NCBI GenBank assembly: GCA_965644315.1
Contig: CBFFRQ010000013.1
Span: forward strand, 372,001 to 436,000
Direction of reading: 5' to 3'
DNA from: Caecitellus pseudoparvulus
Taxonomy: Eukaryota > Protista > Bigyra: Bicosoecida
Length of the DNA: 64,000 nucleotides
The notes beneath the pieces are model-generated. The model worked only from the letters and a program-made list of their open reading frames with translations, was not told the origin of the DNA and did no database searches. A program made the position numbers and the translations under genes. Of the stretch, positions 11,435 through 23,600 are shown piece by piece. Each line of letters begins with the position of its first letter. The stretch's first letter is position 1.

Positions 11435-13410
11435 ATGGCAAGGGCCGAGTTCACTGGTGCAGGCGCTCATCTCTGCGATGCTGCCCACCAGCTCAACTGC
11501 AGCAAGGCCGCCAGCGCCGTGATGACTCGGAAGCGTCCACGTAGTGTGGTACGTTCGTCTTTCAGAGCTATCAGCCGTGCTGCCGCCGTCGTTGAGACGC
11601 CTTTGATCCTGCAAGGTGACGATGGTGCGGGCAGCTTCCCGCTGCGTGTGTGACGTTCACGCCTCCACCCGCCTTTCACCCTGAAATCGTCTGCAGCCGA
11701 GACGGCCACTTTCACATCTTTATATAACAAAGATCTCGTTGGCGCAGCTGCTATTGGTAGTATCGCCGCTATAGCTGCCCGTCCTTCCCTGTCAAACGGC
11801 TGCTGATGCTACAGCGATCGACAAGTTGCGTTGCAGAAGGCTAACGCCAACGCCAACCCAGAAGCCCTCATGGCAGAGGCCATGGCCGACTGCAGGCTTG
11901 TCAAGGCACCCAAGCCGCTTGGTGTCGTAGAGGAACTTGTTTTGCTGGTGGAGATGGCCACGTCTTCGGGCACTCCTCTCCAACAAGCGATTGTCAAGGC
12001 GATGCGCAGCATGTTTGTGTGCTCTGCAACCGACAGGCCCTACCTTCACCGCGCAGCTGGTATGGGGCAGGCGAGGATGTCCCATTTGGAGGACGCAGTG
12101 TCTCCAGCTGTGAAGGCGCAGGTAAGGAAGACCTCCAAGAAGCATGCAACGCATGCCGGAGACCACCTTGCTGCTATCCTGGAGAAGGAGACCGACGCCG
12201 ACCCAGTTCCATGGCCCCGAAAGACCAGGGCAGAAGCCCGCCGCATCGTAGTCGACCTGATTCTTAAAATACCCAACTTCACCTTCGCTGACGCCAAAGT
12301 CTTGGTCGACACCCTGCAGGCAGCAATCAACACTGTCGCCTCCGAGTAGGGCCCTCCCCTCCAGGTGGTTGAAGACTTGGAGGAAGACGGGGAACAGCCA
12401 GAAGCAAATGACTCGAACCCTGCTCAGCATGACACCAACTTCTCTTCGCCATGGCAGAGTATGTGCCTCGAAAGTGTGCGAGCAGCAGCGAACAAGGCCT
12501 CTCTGCAAGAGGAAATGGCCGAGCAGGGTAGCGTGCTTCGTGCTCTGGAGGACATGGTGTCGGCCAGCAAGCATGCAAAATATGCAGGTCTCGCAAAGAC
12601 ACTGAAGAGTGCCAGCAACAAGTGCCGCGCGAAGATCACGAGGTGAGTGGACGGGAGGTGTCTGCCATGTCTGCACAGAATAGGATGGCGCACTCCTCGA
12701 GCTCTGTGCAGTGTGGAGTGCCTGGGAAGTTTTGGGCCGTGGCAAGATATGAAGAGGAAGTACAATCCTGTTCAAGAGAAGTGCACTGGAGGGGCGACTG
12801 CTCGGTCTGACCACAGCATGACCCTGTTCGAGGTGTCATCCAAAGTTCCCGAATACCGCCACAGCTGGGTGCCCAAGGTGTGTATGGGTATGCCTGTGGA
12901 CCGGCTGGGGCGAAGCTGTGTCCAGTTGCTGCTTCTCCACCATAGTTCTTCGTGCCGCAGGTCAGGGGCAAACGAAGGACATCCGACCGCTTCAGTCAGC
13001 GTGCATCCTTGCTGGAGCTGGACATTTACCGCTCTCGCATCATTAGAGACGACTCCATCAAGGCTGTCTTCGAGTGCCCGCCCATCGGAGGATCGGGTGC
13101 CGCCTGCACCCGGTACGGCCCCAGCCTCGATCGATTGGAAGAGGCCCTTCGCGGCCCGGAAGTTGTCGCCACAGGGGCTCGTGCTGTCTTGGGGTGGATG
13201 GAGGCTGCGTACAAAGTCGCTGTCGACTGCTTGAACATCAAGAACAAGCAATGGGTGGTTGATTGTGGGGACCTGGGCAGCCTCACCCCCGCCGACAAGA
13301 AGCGTGCGTGCTGCATGTTGGCCATGGTGTGGACGTCCCTCCGCATGAAGCACCATGTGCACACGGAGCTGGTCGGGCTTACTCGTCGCCTCGTGTCCGC
13401 TTTGGGCTGA
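11435..13410 (+). pseudogene. Orphan spliced gene, possibly pseudogenised (in-frame TAG at 12347-12349); 5' structure uncertain
   Basis: ORFs at 11435, 11831, 12365 and 12647 share one frame. GT-AG introns ~12643-12711 and ~12878-12960 join them to the 12952-13410 ORF. AATGCA lies downstream at 13491. No recognisable domain. Confidence 0.45.
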
Positions 13411-13523
13411 TGCTCTTTGGCTTGGTTTTGGTGCCGGAGCATTGAAGCTGAAGTGCTTGTGGTCATTGAACGGCTTTACAGGTGCTTTTGAATGCATGTG
13501 GGTCACGGCAGGCTGGCCCTACT

Positions 13524-13770
13524 TTACTAGTAAAGGATGTGCTACTAGGAGGAAGTGCTGCCTGCGGGAGCGCTAGTAGTGCCCAGGGCAGCTGCGCGCA
13601 CTAGTAGAGCTCCCAGCACGCGGAAATTCACTAGTGCGAGGCTCCGCCACCACCTCTCACTAGTGCAGGCCTGGAGATGCATTCTCACTAGGAGCGCAGA
13701 ACCTCCTCTCAAATATACTAATATGACCTTTGAACTCTGGTGAAAAAGCACGCGTCAAAACTCTGCTAGC
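13524..13770. repeat. CTAG/ACTAGT-rich array (right)
   Basis: 8 CTAG in ~245 bp (13527, 13545, 13573, 13601, 13631, 13660, 13688, 13766). Includes the palindrome TTTACTAGTAAA, and CACTAGTGCGAG is shared with the left array. Confidence 0.8.
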
Positions 13771-13839
13771 GGAGCGCTGTCAGGTGACGGCGGGCTGCCG
13801 TTTCACATCGGCGTTTCACCGTCACCACCTTCCTTCCAA

Positions 13840-15606
<1,767 letters not shown>

Positions 15607-15652
15607 GGCAGCAATGCATTCCTCCCGCGAGGGCACTTCACAGCGCCGCCGC

Positions 15653-16849
15653 TCAGGAGTAGTTGATGCGGAACATGTCGTTGGCCAGGTACAGGCCAGC
15701 GGAGTCCTGCGTCACGCCCACCACACGGCAGAAGAGCAGCGGGTTGGTCTCGCCCTTGATGATGAAAACACCGCACACAAAACCGATGAACATGCTGCCG
15801 TCCGCGGCGCCGGGCAGGATGTCGATCTGGCGAGGGGGGGGGGAGGCGACGTGACGTTGGGGGGGTCTTCTGGCACGGCAACGCCGCCACGCCACTCACA
15901 GTCTGCACCTCGAAGGTGGAGCCCAGGAACTTGGACACCTGCTCCAGGATCTTAGTTCCTCCAGTGATCTCCACGCCGTCCACGGTCAGCTGGCTCGAAT
16001 CGCGCTGTGGAGAGGGGGGGGGCGGCAATGGCTCTTGCACAGTGCTGCGTTTGGGCCCTGCAACGCTGCCCACGCACGTAGGCAGACTGCAGCGCAGACT
16101 GGTTGCTCTTCAACGCCTCGTAGTAAGACATGACGAACTCGCCCACCACCTTGCCAGCTGGCACGGGGTTCAGCTCAGCCGTTGCGCCGGTGGAGGCGGC
16201 AGTGCGGAAAAAGTCCAGCTGAATGCCTGCGCCGCCAGCCACCTTGGCGTCGGGAACCATGTACAGCACCTGGTTGAACCGTCCAGTCTGTGGTGCGCGC
16301 GGCAGGTGGGGGGGCTGTGGCAGCGGGCTGCGCGGCCACTGGCACCCGCGCAGCACTCACGTTCGTGCCCACCACCATCTCACCAGCGATTAGCACCAGA
16401 ACACCACCACTGGAGGCAACGCCAGTGCCAGCCACGCTGATGGAGCTGAACGTCGGCGCGCCGCCGGACAGCTGGGAGCGGGGAAGGAGGGAGCAGCGTG
16501 CGCAGGTGGAAAAACCGCGTTGGCGGAGATGTCAACGGAAGGCGCCGCGCGCCACGCTGCTGCGCGCCACGCACCTTCTTCTGCAGCAGGGCGGTGATGC
16601 CTGCCTGCCCCTCAGCAACTTCACCATCTGCACATGCCAGAGCATTGGCAGTCTGCGCCAGCGGGCGAGCAGGAGGGGGCGCCAACGTGCCAGCTGCCGT
16701 TCACGCGCGTGAACATGCCCACAGCGTGAACGCACGTAGAGGCTCAAGATGCCAGCGTCACCCTTGCAGAGCAGCCCTGCATAGTTGGACCAGGTCGTCT
16801 CGGCCAGCTGCTGGGCAGGGGACTTGACGGGCTCCGTCTGGGCGGCCAT
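15653..16849 (-). CDS. Tandem NTF2-like domain protein, multi-exon
   Basis: C-terminal domain FVMSYYEAL...LQSAY|RDSSQLTVDG...LYLANDMFRINYS matches NTF2. A divergent first repeat ends GRFNQVLYM...IQLDFFR. Confidence 0.72.
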
Positions 16850-17476
16850 GGTGCTGAGAAAGGTGGCGGCGGATGCGGAAATCGACACTGCTCGTGGAAT
16901 CCAGGGGCGCTGCTGGGGTGAGGCGTGTGCTAGGGGGGCGGCAATGTGTCGGGCACGAGCAGGGTGGAGCGGAATGTGGGATTGGCGCGTCAGTGTGGAG
17001 AGGGGGTGACCTGCACGGTGGGCCCAAGCGTTGCGTGCGAGCTGGGTGTCGTGTGCGGTCTGGATGAGAGGAGTGGGGGATGCGTGTGGCGCAGGCCGCC
17101 CCACCAAGCCATCACACAGTCTGCACCATCTCTCCATGCCCAGCCGCGTGGGATGCCTGCGCTTCCGACTGGGCGTGCGCCCCCGGACTCCGCCTCGCAG
17201 CGCGCACACTGCGGCAAAACCCCCCTGCGCCAGGCCAAGCAGCCATCCGCCAACTGCACCCACGTCACCTACAAGCTGCCCCACACGCTGTTGGTGCCGG
17301 CCCTTCACCGCGTGACTCGTTGGCGGCTTGGCGACTCCGCGCCGCGCACCGCCTCCTGCCCGCTCACCAGCTCGGCCAGAGCCCCAGGCAGCACACAGGC
17401 CGCCTGCCGCAGAAACGCTCCCTGCACTGCGGGGTGTGCACCGTACAGAGCACCCTGCAACGGACTGCCTGCAGCC

Positions 17477-20400
17477 ATGGCCATGACCACACGCTCAGAG
17501 AGGTGCGGCGCGTGCCGCACTGCGGTGTCGCTGCGACGCGCACAGCCACTCCAGCCGCCCCTGCCCCCGCCCGTCACAGGTTCAAGGCCCAGAAAGACGC
17601 CCTCCCTGGGGTGGGCCCAGGTATCTACCGCATCGAGGACACGACAGCAGGTGAGGCGCCAGCGGCAGAGCCTGCGCCCTCCACTCCGGCACAGCGTTTC
17701 ACCTCGAGCACTGCGCGCAGGCTTCAAGCGTGCACGCGATGCCATGGTGCCATTCGGCTCCTCCTCCGCCCGCAAACCCGACTTCGTGCCAGATGTGACG
17801 GCAGGCGGCTCCAAGGGCGTGCTGAAGCCAGGCCCGGGGGCGTACGAGACGGCCCGCGTGACGGGCATGCGGCCCAACTTTGGGCCCAGTCGCATGCGAC
17901 CCTCCTTCTCCGTCCGCTCGCGGCGTTTCACAGAGAGCAAGCAGGCGACGCCGGGGCCGGGGTCGTACCACGACGAGGTGACCACCTCCTCCTTCTCACG
18001 CCCCTCGCCTCGAGCGGCTGCCTTTGGCCCGCACGGAGGGGGGGGGTCGTCCTCCGGGAGGGGGGGTCTGCCGCCCGACTCCGACCGCCTCAAGTGGGTG
18101 CGCGTGCCCACCGCCCCCTCCGTCCCCGCCCGCAACCAGCAGCAGGGCTGGTACGAGGACGAGGCCACTGGGCAGCTGATGATGGAGGCGCCCCCCCCCT
18201 CTGGACCCGGGGCGGTGCCTGGCGCGTACAACGTCATCCCCCCCAGCCGGGCGCTGGGGTCCGCCCCCACTGCGGCAGCCTTTGGGCGGGACCAGGCCCG
18301 GCGTTCCGACTTCACCCGCATGCAGGGGGGCGGCACAGCCGGAACACGGGCGGCGGTGGGGGCCTACGACACGTCAGGTGCAGACGCGTTTGGAGCGGCA
18401 CCCCCCCCCACCAGTGGTCGAGGGGGGGGTGCACGCCCCTCCTCTGTCTTCTCCTCCACCTCCCCGCGCATGTCAGGCGCTGTGGCAGCGGTGGGGGGGG
18501 GCGGCTCCCCTGGTCCTGGGGCATACCTGGGATCGGGGGGGGGCGGCGCTGCCATCACCGGCCGCCATGGGGCCGTGTCCGGTCTCGGCTCCGCCGCCGG
18601 CGCCGTGACGTATGCGGTGGGGTCTGGCGCGGTGCGGGGGGGGGAGGTAGTTTCCGCGTTCGCGCGCGCCTCCCGCGGCATCCAGGCCCCCGCCCACCAG
18701 AACTTCGGCTCCAGCTCCGCCCGTTTCGCCACCCCCGCGGACGGCAGCAACGGGACAGGCAAGCCGGGTCCGGGAGCGTACTACAAGCCGCTGGTGTATG
18801 GGGGGGGTCCTCCGCGAGGGGGGGATGGGGGGGATGACAGGGGGGGTGCGCGCCCCGCCACTGCCCCAGGACCCCACGCACGGGCCCCCCTGCCCTCCAA
18901 GGGGGGGGGTGTCCCCCGCCCCACTGCCCTGGCATCCACCCTGGGAGGGGGGGACAAGGGCCCCTCCACCAGGTGGGGCTCCAGCACCACCATCGGCTCC
19001 GGGGCCAGCACGGCAGGGGGTGCAGGGGGGGGTGCCCCCCTCCTGGCCAAGCACCTGGGGGGGGACGGCAGCGGTGGGGCCACCCCCCGCCCCACGACGC
19101 AGTCGGGGCGGGGCAGTGGGCCCACCCCCCGCCGGGGCTTCTCCACCTCCGCTGTCCGGTGGGAAGCCCCCCACCCGGATGAGGTGCCCGGACCCGGTGC
19201 CTACCCGGATGCCGTGCGCGCCACCTCCGCCATCCGCCTGCGGGGGGGTGGGCAGAGTATGACCGCCGATGCCGTGGCGGCAGCACGGGCGGCTGCCGCG
19301 GCGTCGGGGGTGCCCCTCTCGGACACCGTGCCCTCCCTGGACCTGAGCCGCCTGGTGGAGGGGGGGGGGGGGGATGCGGGCGCCCCCCCTGAGGGCTCCC
19401 TCCCCATCCCCGCCGCCGTGTCCGCCATGCTGGGTGGCGAGCCCGCCGCGCCGTTCGGGTCGACGACGGGGCGTTTCTACGACGCCTCGGCGCGGAGGGG
19501 TCCAGCGCGAACACGACCCGGAACAGTGCGGGGCAAGGGCGCGCTGACGGGCCCCGTGCGGCCCGGGGGGCGCCCCCTGTCCCCCCAGCGGCCGTCGCTG
19601 GCGCTGACCCGCGAGCGTATTACGGCAGGGGTCGGCACCGCCCCCCTGCGCAGGTCCAAAGCGCCCCGCCCCAAGGGCAGGGGACGAGGGGGGGGTGCAC
19701 CCCCCCCCGGCCTCCTCGGCTCCTGGTCCAAGGATGCGGCGGCAGTGGGGGGCATGCTGCGAGGGGGGGGGGGGCGCCCCCCCTCCTCCTCCCCCCGCCG
19801 CGTGTTCGCAGGTGAAACACGAACAGACGACGACGGCATGCCCGCCCCAGGGCAGTACTTCCAGGGCCAGCCAACACGCAGCCCAGCGCAGGCAGTGGAG
19901 GCCGCCCGCGCCAATGCTGCGTTTTCCTCCGCCACGCCGCGTTTCACGGCGGGTCACAACCGCCAGGCGAAACGCGGCGGGACGCAGGGCGCCCCCGCCG
20001 TGCGTGGAGCCCCCACCTTCGCAAAGGGCGGCGTGGTGCCGCTGACGGTCGCTGCGACCGGGGCACGGGGGGCCCTGCCGGGGGTTAACGCCTCCGCTGC
20101 CACCGCGGCATCGCGGGCGACCGCCGCGAAACGCAGCAGGGACGCGGACGCAGATGCCAGCGACAGCGGCGTGCCGCCCCCCGGCACGTACCGCCCCGAG
20201 GATGCGACCAAGTGGGGCAAGGTGACTCACTCCACGCGGGGGGGGGGGCTCATCGGCAGTGGGCCGCGGGACCGCTTCGCGCGAGACTGGGCCGCCGCCA
20301 ACGCACCAGGTCCAGGGGAGTACTCTGGGCCGTCAGACACCCGGACACTTGCGCGGAACTTGCCTGGCAACTCCCCCTCTGCGTCCAGTCGGCGGGTCAT

Positions 20401-20554
20401 GGCGGGCACGGCCCCGCGGTTCGGTGGGCCCATCGGGCGGGGGGCGTCCCTGGGCCCCGGCGACTATGACGTCACCATGCCCTGGATGCGCCGCACCTTC
20501 AACATCACGGTGGCGGAGCAGGAGATGGTCGCTGCGACGCAGGCCGCCGTGTGA
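17477..20554 (+). CDS. Sperm-tail PG-rich (STPG/ODF3/SHIPPO) repeat protein, flagellar microtubule-associated
   Basis: About 10 PGPG.Y repeats, many preceded by F.S...RF; two 5' introns (~17512-17579, ~17651-17720). Confidence 0.82.
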   Translation: MAMTTRSERCGACRTAVSLRRAQPLQPPLPPPVTGSRPRKTPSLGWAQVSTASRTRQQVRRQRQSLRPPLRHSVSPRALRAGFKRARDAMVPFGSSSARKPDFVPDVTAGGSKGVLKPGPGAYETARVTGMRPNFGPSRMRPSFSVRSRRFTESKQATPGPGSYHDEVTTSSFSRPSPRAAAFGPHGGGGSSSGRGGLPPDSDRLKWVRVPTAPSVPARNQQQGWYEDEATGQLMMEAPPPSGPGAVPGAYNVIPPSRALGSAPTAAAFGRDQARRSDFTRMQGGGTAGTRAAVGAYDTSGADAFGAAPPPTSGRGGGARPSSVFSSTSPRMSGAVAAVGGGGSPGPGAYLGSGGGGAAITGRHGAVSGLGSAAGAVTYAVGSGAVRGGEVVSAFARASRGIQAPAHQNFGSSSARFATPADGSNGTGKPGPGAYYKPLVYGGGPPRGGDGGDDRGGARPATAPGPHARAPLPSKGGGVPRPTALASTLGGGDKGPSTRWGSSTTIGSGASTAGGAGGGAPLLAKHLGGDGSGGATPRPTTQSGRGSGPTPRRGFSTSAVRWEAPHPDEVPGPGAYPDAVRATSAIRLRGGGQSMTADAVAAARAAAAASGVPLSDTVPSLDLSRLVEGGGGDAGAPPEGSLPIPAAVSAMLGGEPAAPFGSTTGRFYDASARRGPARTRPGTVRGKGALTGPVRPGGRPLSPQRPSLALTRERITAGVGTAPLRRSKAPRPKGRGRGGGAPPPGLLGSWSKDAAAVGGMLRGGGGRPPSSSPRRVFAGETRTDDDGMPAPGQYFQGQPTRSPAQAVEAARANAAFSSATPRFTAGHNRQAKRGGTQGAPAVRGAPTFAKGGVVPLTVAATGARGALPGVNASAATAASRATAAKRSRDADADASDSGVPPPGTYRPEDATKWGKVTHSTRGGGLIGSGPRDRFARDWAAANAPGPGEYSGPSDTRTLARNLPGNSPSASSRRVMAGTAPRFGGPIGRGASLGPGDYDVTMPWMRRTFNITVAEQEMVAATQAAV

Positions 20555-20694
20555 GCGCGGACACTCCCCCCGCACACAATGCAACGGCGTGAGAACGCAA
20601 AGCTGGCGCAAGAGCAGACCAGGCGCAGTGTCTGCCGCCACCACCATTGACTGGCCAATCCCCCCCCTCCCCCCCCCTGTCCTGCGTTGTTGGC

Positions 20695-23600
20695 ATGGCG
20701 GTGCGAGCGAGGCTGGCCGGCACCTTCACCGTGCTGGGCACGAGCCAGCTGGAGACACCCGGGCACTCGCCTAGACTGCAGGCGGGGGCCCCAACATCTG
20801 TCATTCCGGGCGATGCCGTGGCACAGCACTCGGCGGGGCGCCGCGCGCGCCGTGCCGAGGCAGCTGCCCGGCAGCGTTTCGCCCACACGCCAGCCAAGGT
20901 GGATGCGTCACGGAAACGCCCCGCACAGCGCAGTCCTGGGGAGAGCAGGCGGGACATTCGCCCCAGTGCTGAGCTGACGACGGTGCTGGCTGCCCTGCTG
21001 CCGCCGGAAGCCGCAGAGGAGGAGGGGGGTGGCGAGGCGCAGGTCGCTGCGACCAGCGACACCTTCGTGCCGCTCGCTAGCACCCGCGACGTGGACGCAC
21101 TGGATGGACCCCTCGCGTGCTGGAAGGCGCCCCCTGCATCGCTGCGTGCCCGTCGTGCGTTTCGCAAGGTGCGGGGGGGGCAGCGCAGGGCGGAGTGGGA
21201 CCCAGTGGAGGGGCCCTCTCTGCCGGCTGGTGGACCCCCCTCGGCGTCCGCCCGCAGGGCCCCTCGACCACGTGCCAGCGCAGCTGCAGGGGGGCCCCGC
21301 CGACCTGCCTCCAGCAACGCAGCACGGGAGCGACGAGTGACTCGCCACGTGGACCGGCCGCTGGCCGCTCGCCTGGGGGTGACTGAGGCGGCCTTCGCAG
21401 CAGTGGATGTGTCTGCCAGTCTGGCACAGGTGCTGCAGGAGGGGGGGGGTGGAGCCGCCCACACCTTCCCCCCCTTCGACATGGCCCCCCCCACGCCAGC
21501 TGGGCAGGGGGGGGCACCCCCCCCCTCCTCCACCACATCCAGCCCGTACCTGTACAAGCCCCCCTCCAGTGCCACCTTCCGTCCCCCCTCCGACTTGCAC
21601 ATGCCTGTTCTTGGTTCCGGTGTTCCGGGATCGGATGACGCCGCCTCCGTCGCCTCCAACGCCTCCTACGGTAGCGGCGCAGGCAGCGAGTACAGTGTGG
21701 GGCGGGAGGTCGCTGCGTCGGCGGCGGTCGTCAACGCAGCAGTGGAGGCCCAATCAGCGACGCATCAACGGCGTGCGGCGCGCAGGAGGCAGCGAGAACC
21801 ACCCCAAGACACGCCCACAACGGCGCCCACTCCACACCCTCCCTCTCAGGCCGGCGACGATGACGCTGCTGCGTTGCGTGAAACGCAGCAGCTGGCAGAG
21901 AGCGCGTTGTCCCTGCGGGCAGAGGACCTGTCGGGCGACACACACTCTGGCGCGAACACGGCGTTGTTCCGAGTTCGCGGCACGTGCGCCGCTGACGCCG
22001 CCCTGCCAGCCAGTGCTGCGCCAGAGCCAGAGCAGGCCGGGCTCATGCCGCGGGCTCTGTCACGGTCTGACTTCGTGGTGGTGGAGCCGGAGTATTTCCC
22101 GGAAGCGTCCACGTTCACAGCCCCCTGGTACGAAGCCATGCACATGACGGCGGTGCGGGGCGCCGTGGAGGAGGCGCGCCAGCGCCAAGAGTCTGCCCGT
22201 GCGGAATTAGAAACCATGCAGGCAGAACTCACCTCCACCGCCGCGGCAGACGACTGGGCTGCGCGGTCCGCCTCCACGTCGCCCGTGGCGGGTCGATCAC
22301 GCAGCAGTGACCTGCGGGACCGCAGTGCTCGGGACGCGTCGGTTGACTCCGCCGTGGAGGACGCCGCGGCTGCTGCGTTGCACCAGCAGCTGCGCCAACG
22401 CCGCCAGGAGTTGGAGGCGTTGCAGGCTGCGCCGTTGAAGCTGCCCCCGCCGCCCATCAGCGCCAAGAAGGCCCACACCATGCCCTACATTAAACGCCCC
22501 ATCGCGAAACGCCTGCAGAAACTGTTCACGGACTTTGAAGCGGCGGTGCTGCGGCTCCGGCACCGCATCGAGGCGGAGCGCCTGCGGGCGGCGCAGGGGG
22601 GGGGGTGGGCGAAGCCGGAACACGGTGGCGGTACGGCCGGAACACAGCAGGCCCTGTGGGCTGCCCCCACACACTCTGAGAGCACCAGTGACCAGTGGAG
22701 CGTGCAGCGGTGGATGTCAGCGCACCACCTGCAGGGCATCGACGTGGAGACGTTGCAGGCGAACATGGGCGTATTACGCGAGTGGTTCACCTCCCTAGAC
22801 ACGGACCGCAGCGGCACCATCGGCATGGACGAGCTGCTCATCCCCCTGTTGTCTGTGGGCCTGGCCCGCAGTGAGCGGGAGGTGCTACTGCTCATCCACG
22901 CCGTGAAGGGCAGCATCCCCCCCCCGTACGACCCTTCATCGGACGCCACGGCGGGGGAGGCCATCGCAGAGGGCAAGGTCAGCGTGCAGGAGCGGTTCGC
23001 GGGGCCGGCGGGAAGAGGGGGGGGGGACACCGCCCCCGCGCCGGACCCCGGCGCCGCCAGTGCCAGCAGCCTCGTGTCCAGCATGCTGAGCCTGCCGCCG
23101 GCGCAGTGGGAGGGGGGGTTGACGGCCCCCCCCTCCCACCGCCAGGCCGCCCTGGATGCCATCGCAGCGGACAAGGCCGCCCGGGCGCTAGCAGCAGGGA
23201 CGCTGTCTCCTCGGGACGCCAAGGCGCTGCGGGATGCCAAGCGGAAACGGGCGCGGCAGGCACGGGGGGGCGTCTCCCCCCCATCCAGTGCACTGGGGGG
23301 GGGGAGTCAGCTAGCTGCCGCTGGGGAGGGAGGGGGGTCGCAGTCCGCTGTGTCACTGGGGGACCCGGGGCTGGCCCGCCTGGCCGCGGCGCTCAAGGTG
23401 GCAGAGGGCAAGGCGGAACACGAATCGGAACACAAGGCGGAACACGGTGGGGACAACGAGGCACAGGGCAGCGAACCCACCCAGGCGCCTGTGGAGGGGG
23501 AACCAGGGGAGGGCCGCGGCCTGGCGCCCACCCCCTCTGCATCCTCCCTGGCCAGCTCGGGGGGGGGCACATCCGTGTCGGGGGGGGGTCCGGGGGGGGT

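Noticed and set aside
11651-12646. Stop-codon reassignment suggested by in-frame stops in the orphan
   Set aside because: TGA, TAA and TAG all terminate conserved genes in this window, and at least the TGA at 12644 falls in an intron.
10428-13770. Assignment as a canonical CACTA transposon, Helitron or endogenous virophage
   Set aside because: No matching TIR pair, TSD, clear terminal hairpin, or transposase/RepHel/capsid/integrase motifs were visible; kept only as an unclassified candidate.
16946-17476. 5' part of the 1202-aa ORF as coding
   Set aside because: It overlaps the NTF2/STPG divergent promoter and reads through introns; a better start is the ATG at 17477.
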